Below are positions 6,868-10,990 of a stretch of 10,990 bases of DNA, one piece after another. Under the pieces are notes generated by a model. The model ran no database searches, had not been told where the DNA came from, and saw nothing but the letters and a program-made list of their open reading frames with translations. A program made the translations under genes and the position numbers. Position 1 is the first letter of the stretch. Every line of letters begins with the position of its first letter. The stretch is from a virus (taxonomy: Duplodnaviria; Heunggongvirae; Uroviricota; Caudoviricetes). Location: the IMG/VR virus record IMGVR_UViG_2617270964_000005, one strand, 5' to 3'.

Positions 6868-8779
6868 TCACTCCTCCGGACAGCTTCGCTGCCAGTTCTT
6901 TAAGGGTTGGCCGGGTCGTCTCTTCTTCCCGGGATTTTGCCAGTACAGCCAGATCAAGCTGCCAGCGTTGCACGGACACACGTAATGCCGCGTAGGCATA
7001 CACCAGGCAGTCCAGCGCTTCGTTACGCCGCTTTTTGTTATCCCACAGCAGACGCATCTTTCCTTTTTCCCACTTCTCCACAAGCTCTTCCGCGACCAGT
7101 TGCTGCGCCTCTGTCTGCGAAAAAATCTCCGGATCATCAGGAAAACGGATGGCATACGACGTGGCTTCATCCACAGGCGTGGGATCGGCTTTCATACGGG
7201 CATAGAGAATTTCTTTTGCGGTGTCCGTCCCCACTTCACACAGATACACGCCCCGCTGATTGCGGGTTTTTGGCATGGTGATCACCGGCTTGCCATAGAC
7301 AGATGCGCCTTTTACCGGCAGCACCCGGAAAACACCGTGTTTTTTTGACCTCTGATAAACGATTTCGCCATCGATCCCCCCGATGTCCCAGCAGACACGG
7401 GAAATAGTCATTTCGGTTCCGTCTGCATGGCGGTATTTTTTGTTGATCGCCGCATCCAAACGTAACAGCGTCTCTTCCTCATCGGGACGCCCCATAATGA
7501 TGATTTTATCTACCAGAAAGGCTTCCTCTCCCGGAGCCCATCCCCAGACATACATCTCGAAACGGTTTCGCTGCGAGTCAATGCCCGCCGTCAGATAAAC
7601 CACCCGGGCAGGCACCGCCGCCGTGTAACGCACAACCTTATCCATCAGTACCTGGTGATCGAGTTTTTCGCCCACGGCCTCTTCCCAGGTCTCGCCCAGC
7701 GTGGTGTTCACAAAGGTTTTCAGGCCGTTGGGATCTTTCAGTGCATCCAGCCAGTCATAGACAATCTGTACCCAGGTGGTGAACGGACTGTACGCCGTCC
7801 AGATATGGAAAGTGATGGAACGCGGCGGCGGAATTTCATCACCCCGGGCGCTGAAAAACATCAGGCCGTCACGGGTCCACATGCCCGTGTTTTCACAGAT
7901 CCACCGCCCGTTACTCTGGTCAAGCTCAGACTGATGGATCACACAGCCATGATGCTCACAAAGGTAGAAAACACTTTCTGGTTTATTCTTCTCCCACTTA
8001 AGACCGAAAGGCGAGGCATCATCGCCAAATTTCAGATACTGCTCCTCCCCACAGTGCGGACAGGGCACATAAAAACGCATGAAGTGTGCCGACTCGTTAG
8101 CGGCTTTTTCGATCTGGCAGGAGCCTTTGATTTTAGGCGTCGAGCCGCGAATGGATTTTGGCCATACAGAGCCCTCAATACGTTTATCCCCCAGCAGGGT
8201 TGGCGAACCCTCTTTTTCAACATCCGGTTCGAACGAGGAAAGCTCGTCATAACAGACCACATCCACGGATTTTTCACGGTAGTTTTTTGCTGCCGCACCA
8301 CCCAGACACCAGAACCCCACACCGGAGGAAAAACGCTTCAGGGTGAGCGTATTATCGCGGTGTTTTCTTCCGAACCATGGAGCCAGCTCCAGCAATGCAG
8401 GAACATCCCTTATCGTTGGCTCAACATGAGATTTCATAAAATCTTCAGCAGCTGAGTCCGTGGGCTGAAAAAGAAGGCTGTTGCGTGATTTATGCTCAAT
8501 AAAATAAGCCTCCACTCCCAGCAACATCTTTGTATAACCAACACGGGCAGATTTAATCAGGTTAACCGTGCGAATCAGATCGTTGCCCATACAGTTCATG
8601 ATGCCAACCTGAAACGGCAGTGTTTCCCACCGCCCGGGGGTATAAGACGACTCTTTAGGAAGGTAATAATGTTTATTGGCCCACTGAACTGTCGTCAGTG
8701 GAACAGGAATAATGAGAGATAAAAGCCCTGTAGCTATCGCACCGGCTGCATTAGCTGCCTTCTGCGCGTCTGAAATCAT
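6851..8779 (-). CDS. A: Terminase large subunit, lambda gpA homolog (642 aa from the ATG at 8779; an upstream in-frame ATG at 8821 would give 656 aa)
   Basis: Extensive identity to lambda A as recalled ([23 protein letters not shown](T/S)[18 protein letters not shown](A/K)[92 protein letters not shown]). The 8779 start has a GGGTGG Shine-Dalgarno and gives a 29-nt overlap with Nu1, as in lambda. Confidence 0.93.
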
Positions 8780-9299
8780 CGATCCACCCGCCCACGTTTT
8801 CACCGGCCTTAGCTGCAACATTGGAGGCTTTCGCGATTTCAGTTTTCACCACATCAAGGTGTGATGGTGAAATGTCCGGATATTTACGCTGTAATGTCAA
8901 CGGCACACGCACAAGTATCCCCGAAATCTCCTGTGCCACACGTTGCAGAATGAAGGTAAACAGTTCAGTTTCCAGCACTACTCCGTCTTCACGGGCATTT
9001 TTCAGTTCCTGCGCATCTGCCTGCGCTTTTGTGAGCCGGTAGCGTTCATAGTCAATGGTGCCGGGTTGTAAATCTGACTCCGCTGCCGCACGCAAATCGT
9101 CCAGTTCTTTGCGGAGCTTTTCGTTTTCGATATCAGTTTCCCTCTGCGCATACCACTGAATTGCCATGGCAGTATCAAATACAGATTCAATGCCCTTACT
9201 ACCTTTGGAGGCGCAAGGGAGTCCCTGAGACTGCCAGCGTTCAATCGTCCGCGGGTCCACGTTGAAAATTTCGGCAAGCCTCTTTTTATTAACCTTCAT
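8751..9299 (-). CDS. nu1: Terminase small subunit, lambda gpNu1 homolog (182 aa)
   Basis: [12 protein letters not shown]...[12 protein letters not shown]...[56 protein letters not shown] aligns with lambda Nu1 as recalled (MEVNKKQLADIF...NWQEQGMP...[55 protein letters not shown]). The C-terminal 35 or so residues diverge. Confidence 0.92.
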
Positions 9300-9475
9300 G
9301 AAAACAACCCATTATCAAATACAAGGCCCGACATGAAAACGCCAGAAAAAGGCATTTTCGGACACTTTCATGTCGGACCTTTACGGATGTAATATTAAAA
9401 AAAACAAAAAGTTATATTCGAGAAGTACCGACACGATTTTCCCTGAAAAATTTTCATAAATAGTGAAAAACCGCG
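9296..9475 (-). promoter_or_regulatory. cosB-like terminase binding region containing three copies of a CATGAAA-type repeat (candidate R sites) and an AT-rich segment
   Basis: Lies between cosN and the nu1 start. CATGAAAAC occurs at 9297..9305 and 9332..9340 as direct repeats, with an inverted imperfect copy (CTTTCATGTCG) at 9365..9375. The first 45 or so bp next to cosN resemble the lambda left end as recalled. Confidence 0.5.
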
Positions 9476-9487
9476 AGGTCGCCGCCC
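9476..9487 (-). other. cosN, the 12-nt cohesive-end site (minus strand reads GGGCGGCGACCT)
   Basis: Plus strand AGGTCGCCGCCC at 9476..9487 is the exact reverse complement of the lambda 12-nt cohesive end. Flanking sequence on both sides resembles lambda as recalled (right end ...GGTCCTTTCCGG(T/C)GATCCG...GTTACG, left end CTCGCGG(G/T)TTTTC(G/A)CTATTTATGAAAATTTT). Confidence 0.85.
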
Positions 9488-9510
9488 CGTAACGGCCCGG
9501 ATCGCCGGAA

Positions 9511-9517
9511 AGGACCT
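9511..9517 (-). other. cosQ-like element (minus strand AGGTCCT versus lambda GGGTCCT as recalled)
   Basis: Position and sequence relative to cosN match the lambda cosQ region as recalled. The exact cosQ boundaries are from memory and uncertain. Confidence 0.4.
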
Positions 9518-9519
9518 GC

Positions 9520-9542
9520 AAAATGATAATGGTTATCATTTT
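9520..9542. repeat. Perfect 10-bp inverted repeat with a 3-bp spacer (AAAATGATAA tgg TTATCATTTT) immediately next to the cosQ-like element
   Basis: Read directly from the sequence. A second inverted repeat (AGTCCGGT at 9549..9556 and ACCGGACT at 9572..9579, 15-bp spacer) lies just beside it. Confidence 0.6.
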
Positions 9543-9739
9543 CAATGTAGTCCGGTTTCTTCCACCATCGCACCGGACTGGCGACTATGAGGGGACAACG
9601 CCGCGCTCCGTTAACGCGGTAAACCCCGGTGTGTATCGTTTTTGATTATCCCCGCACACTCGCGCAGAGGAGTCTCCCTGTCGGGCTGCGGTCTCTGTTA
9701 ATGAGGGAATACAGCGACGATACGGCGCATCAGCAAAAC

Positions 9740-10207
9740 TTAGTTCAGGCACTGAGTGCGGATATAGTCCTGTGCCCCTTCCAGCTGCTTCTGCATTGTC
9801 ATCAACCGTTCTCTGAGGATGAAATAATCCCGTTCAGCGGTGTCTGCCAGTCGGGGGCCGGTTGCATTATCCACGCCGGAGGTGCCGGTGGCTTCACGCA
9901 CGGTACCGGAGCAGGTGGCGTTGATCCGCAGGCGCTTACGACCAGCGGCAACATCAGCACGCAGAGTTTCATTTTCAGCTCTCGCATCGGCTAATTCCCT
10001 CGAGTATCTGGCATCAAGTTCAGCGACATCACGCTGGCGTATCTGCATATCAGTAATTGTCGCGTTCGCCAGTTTCAGCTCACTGACTTTTTTATCGCGC
10101 TGCGCTTTGTAGGTGATGGCGTTATCGCGGTAATGATTCAGCCCCAGACTAAGCACACCACAGGCTACCAGCAGGACAATAATCACCACACACAGAACAC
10201 GGTTCAT
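9740..10207 (-). CDS. Rz: Inner-membrane spanin Rz (155 aa from the ATG at 10207)
   Basis: [95 protein letters not shown]...[22 protein letters not shown] is highly similar to lambda Rz as recalled. The track ORF extends to 10291, but that extension has no similarity to Rz and overlaps a separate small ORF. Confidence 0.92.
   Translation of the reverse strand: MNRVLCVVIIVLLVACGVLSLGLNHYRDNAITYKAQRDKKVSELKLANATITDMQIRQRDVAELDARYSRELADARAENETLRADVAAGRKRLRINATCSGTVREATGTSGVDNATGPRLADTAERDYFILRERLMTMQKQLEGAQDYIRTQCLN
9802..9987 (-). CDS. Rz1: Outer-membrane lipoprotein spanin Rz1, embedded in the +1 frame of Rz (61 aa)
   Basis: [61 protein letters not shown] is similar to lambda Rz1 as recalled, with a lipobox (VSAC), a Pro-rich segment and a conserved WIMQP...[11 protein letters not shown]-terminus. 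ATG at 9985..9987. Confidence 0.88.
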   Translation of the reverse strand: MRELKMKLCVLMLPLVVSACGSTPPAPVPCVKPPAPPAWIMQPAPDWQTPLNGIISSSENG

Positions 10208-10208
10208 A

Positions 10209-10295
10209 TCACCACCAACGGATTGCCCAGACCAGAACAGCAATGGCCACAATACGAATGGCAAATGCCATTGCCCGAATAAGTTCAGCACTCAT
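10209..10295 (-). CDS. Hypothetical 28-aa hydrophobic peptide (small ORF 3); its stop lies 1 nt before the Rz ATG
   Basis: Manual translation from the ATG at 10293..10295 gives [28 protein letters not shown], then TGA at 10209..10211. Not in the ORF track (too short). Core [14 protein letters not shown] resembles RALAFAIKWVAVGIAV in small ORF 2. No obvious Shine-Dalgarno. Confidence 0.3.
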   Translation of the reverse strand: MSAELIRAMAFAIRIVAIAVLVWAIRWW

Positions 10296-10306
10296 CTTTT
10301 TAAAGT

Positions 10307-10429
10307 TCACGATTTCAGCGCAATGACCAGTTTTGCCAGCCCATACAGCATCGGAGACACAGCAATACCAACAGCCACCCACTTAATAGCAAAAGCCAGC
10401 GCTCTGCTGATGTCATCAGTCACTGTCAC
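10307..10429 (-). CDS. Hypothetical ~40-aa hydrophobic peptide (small ORF 2), GTG start assumed
   Basis: In-frame GTG at 10427..10429 (or 10421..10423) gives VTVTDDISRALAFAIKWVAVGIAVSPMLYGLAKLVIALKS, stop TGA at 10307..10309. It is the C-terminal part of the track's 90-aa ORF 10307..10579, whose own start is a TTG and whose N-terminal part overlaps small ORF 1 in another frame. A GGGG run lies about 7 nt upstream of the GTG. Confidence 0.3.
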   Translation of the reverse strand: MTVTDDISRALAFAIKWVAVGIAVSPMLYGLAKLVIALKS

Positions 10430-10557
10430 CCCAGCAGCCCCGACGAAGACAACATCACCCAGGCGAGGGACAGAAAAAGAGCAACCAGCATTAGTGAAAA
10501 TGAAATACCGACAATCACACACAGGACCTTTGCCGGCGTTATGAGTTTGTCTGACAT
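10426..10557 (-). CDS. Hypothetical 43-aa single-pass membrane peptide (small ORF 1) resembling the N-terminal membrane anchor of Rz
   Basis: ATG at 10555..10557 preceded by a strong AAGGGG Shine-Dalgarno with a 5-nt spacer. Product MSDKLITPAKVLCVIVGISFSLMLVALFLSLAWVMLSSSGLLG, stop TGA at 10426..10428. Shares GTCCTGTGTGTG...ATTGTC and GGGGCTG DNA strings, and the peptide motif (K/R)VLCV, with the 5' end of Rz at about 10150..10200. Confidence 0.45.
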   Translation of the reverse strand: MSDKLITPAKVLCVIVGISFSLMLVALFLSLAWVMLSSSGLLG

Positions 10558-10720
10558 AGCTACCCCTTAATTGCCACAATTAACTGGGATACTACCCATA
10601 AAAAAGGGATGCTCCAGACCAGCAAAAATTTCCAGTTTGGTAATTGACTAATCATGAGTCGCAACTCCCTAATCAGTTTGCTAAAATCAATCAAGGCAGC
10701 CTCCCATAGCTTACTGCCAT

Positions 10721-10760
10721 AAAAACAAAACCCCGCTTGCTGCCAACAAACGGGGTTTTT
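10721..10760 (-). terminator. Rho-independent terminator (strongest on the minus-strand transcript; possibly bidirectional) between the endolysin gene and the small ORFs
   Basis: Minus-strand RNA: 9-bp stem CCCCGUUUG / CAAGCGGGG (one G-U pair) with a 7-nt loop, followed by UUUUGUUUUU. On the plus strand the same hairpin has one C-A mismatch and is followed by TTTTTACTTTTATT. Confidence 0.6.
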
Positions 10761-10849
10761 ACTTTTATTCACTTACATTTTGCCAGTTCGCAGGATTTCG
10801 TGTTATCCGTCCGCCTTGGCCAACGTCATTTATTAGCAAAATATTCTGC

Positions 10850-10990
10850 TTATCTGTCGATTCCCCAGCACGCCAGCGCGCTCTCCTGGTCACGACGGGA
10901 TACCTGACCGTAACAGTTATTTGAGCGAATACGGCAGTCCCTGCCACCGTCCTTAATCCACCAGCGAATCGCCTCACACGCTCCCCTGCG
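10850..10990 (-). CDS. 3' end of an endolysin gene (T4-lysozyme-like, phage 21 R / RrrD type); the 5' part lies beyond the window end
   Basis: Open frame running in from the window edge with stop TAA at 10850..10852. It encodes ...RRGACEAIRWWIKDGGRDCRIRSNNCYGQVSRRDQESALACWGIDR, which resembles the C-terminus of phage 21 / DLP12 lysozyme as recalled (...[36 protein letters not shown]). Not in the ORF track because no start codon is in the window. Confidence 0.5.
   Translation of the reverse strand, partial: RRGACEAIRWWIKDGGRDCRIRSNNCYGQVSRRDQESALACWGIDR

Noticed and set aside
6868-7170. 100-aa minus-strand ORF inside the A gene in another frame
   Set aside because: Fully nested in the conserved terminase large-subunit frame, Arg/Lys/Trp-rich, with no ribosome-binding site. 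Most likely an overlapping-frame artefact.
7655-8455. 266-aa plus-strand ORF (and other large plus-strand ORFs, e.g. 456..974, 2590..3072, 4492..5067, 5678..6328, 6422..6835)
   Set aside because: Each lies entirely antisense to a minus-strand gene with strong lambda homology (A, U/Z, E, C, B). Their products are low-complexity, Arg/Pro/His-rich sequences typical of shadow ORFs in GC-rich coding DNA, with no convincing ribosome-binding sites.
9740-10291. Track ORF extending Rz by 28 codons at the N-terminus ([28 protein letters not shown]...)
   Set aside because: The extension has no similarity to Rz, whereas homology begins exactly at the internal ATG (10207). The extension overlaps small ORF 3 in another frame.
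10323-10544. 73-aa plus-strand ORF (MTSFASPYSIGDTAIPTATHL...)
   Set aside because: Antisense to the hydrophobic small ORFs. Thr/Pro/Ala/Ser-rich composition is what antisense of Leu/Val/Ala-rich coding gives. No Shine-Dalgarno and no similarity to anything I recognise.
10209-10557. Single holin gene (about 110 aa, three transmembrane helices) broken by two frameshifts
   Set aside because: The summed length and helix count would fit a class I holin, but the three pieces resemble each other and the Rz N-terminus, not the successive, different helices of a holin, and the first piece has its own ribosome-binding site and stop. Not excluded; a database search would decide.
10307-10579. 90-aa minus-strand track ORF
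   Set aside because: Its start is a TTG with no Shine-Dalgarno, and its N-terminal half overlaps, in another frame, small ORF 1, which has a proper ATG and ribosome-binding site. Only the C-terminal ~40 aa (reported as small ORF 2) is hydrophobic and repeat-related.
10560-10977. Two 70-aa minus-strand track ORFs (10560..10772 and 10765..10977)
   Set aside because: The first runs straight through the terminator hairpin. The second is out of frame with, and overlaps, the endolysin C-terminal frame that has clear lysozyme-like sequence. Neither has a recognisable product.
10850-10990. Interpretation of the edge ORF as the 3' end of a late antiterminator Q gene, with the hairpin at 10721..10760 as a lambda tR'-like terminator
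   Set aside because: The encoded C-terminus resembles T4-type phage lysozymes (GAC...RRW...GG...RR...E..L.CWG pattern), not Q proteins, and only about 90 nt separate the stop from the hairpin, too short for a lambda-like late promoter and leader. Kept as endolysin at moderate confidence.
1-10990. CRISPR arrays, tRNA/rRNA genes, integrase or attachment sites
   Set aside because: No short direct repeats with regular spacers, no tRNA-like cloverleaf candidates and no recombinase-like ORFs were seen. The window is fully accounted for by lysis, cos and head genes plus IS1.

Overview
The window is the late (lysis, cos, head morphogenesis) region of a lambda-like prophage of an enterobacterium, reverse-complemented so that all real genes run on the minus strand. 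Reading the minus strand from coordinate 10990 down to 1: the 3' end of a T4-lysozyme-type endolysin, an intrinsic terminator, three short overlapping ORFs for hydrophobic peptides, the spanin pair Rz/Rz1, a complete cos site (cosQ-like, cosN, cosB), then the terminase and head genes Nu1, A, W, B, C, D, E, FI, FII, Z and U in exact lambda order. The array is cut at the 3' end of U by an IS1 element that runs off the left edge. All homology calls come from translating the ORFs and comparing by eye with lambda, phage 21 and IS1 sequences recalled from memory; no database search was run. The most unusual part is 10209..10760, where the endolysin and Rz are separated by a terminator and three small transmembrane-peptide ORFs that look like diverged copies of the Rz N-terminal membrane anchor. 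Plus-strand ORFs in the track look like antisense shadows of the minus-strand genes.
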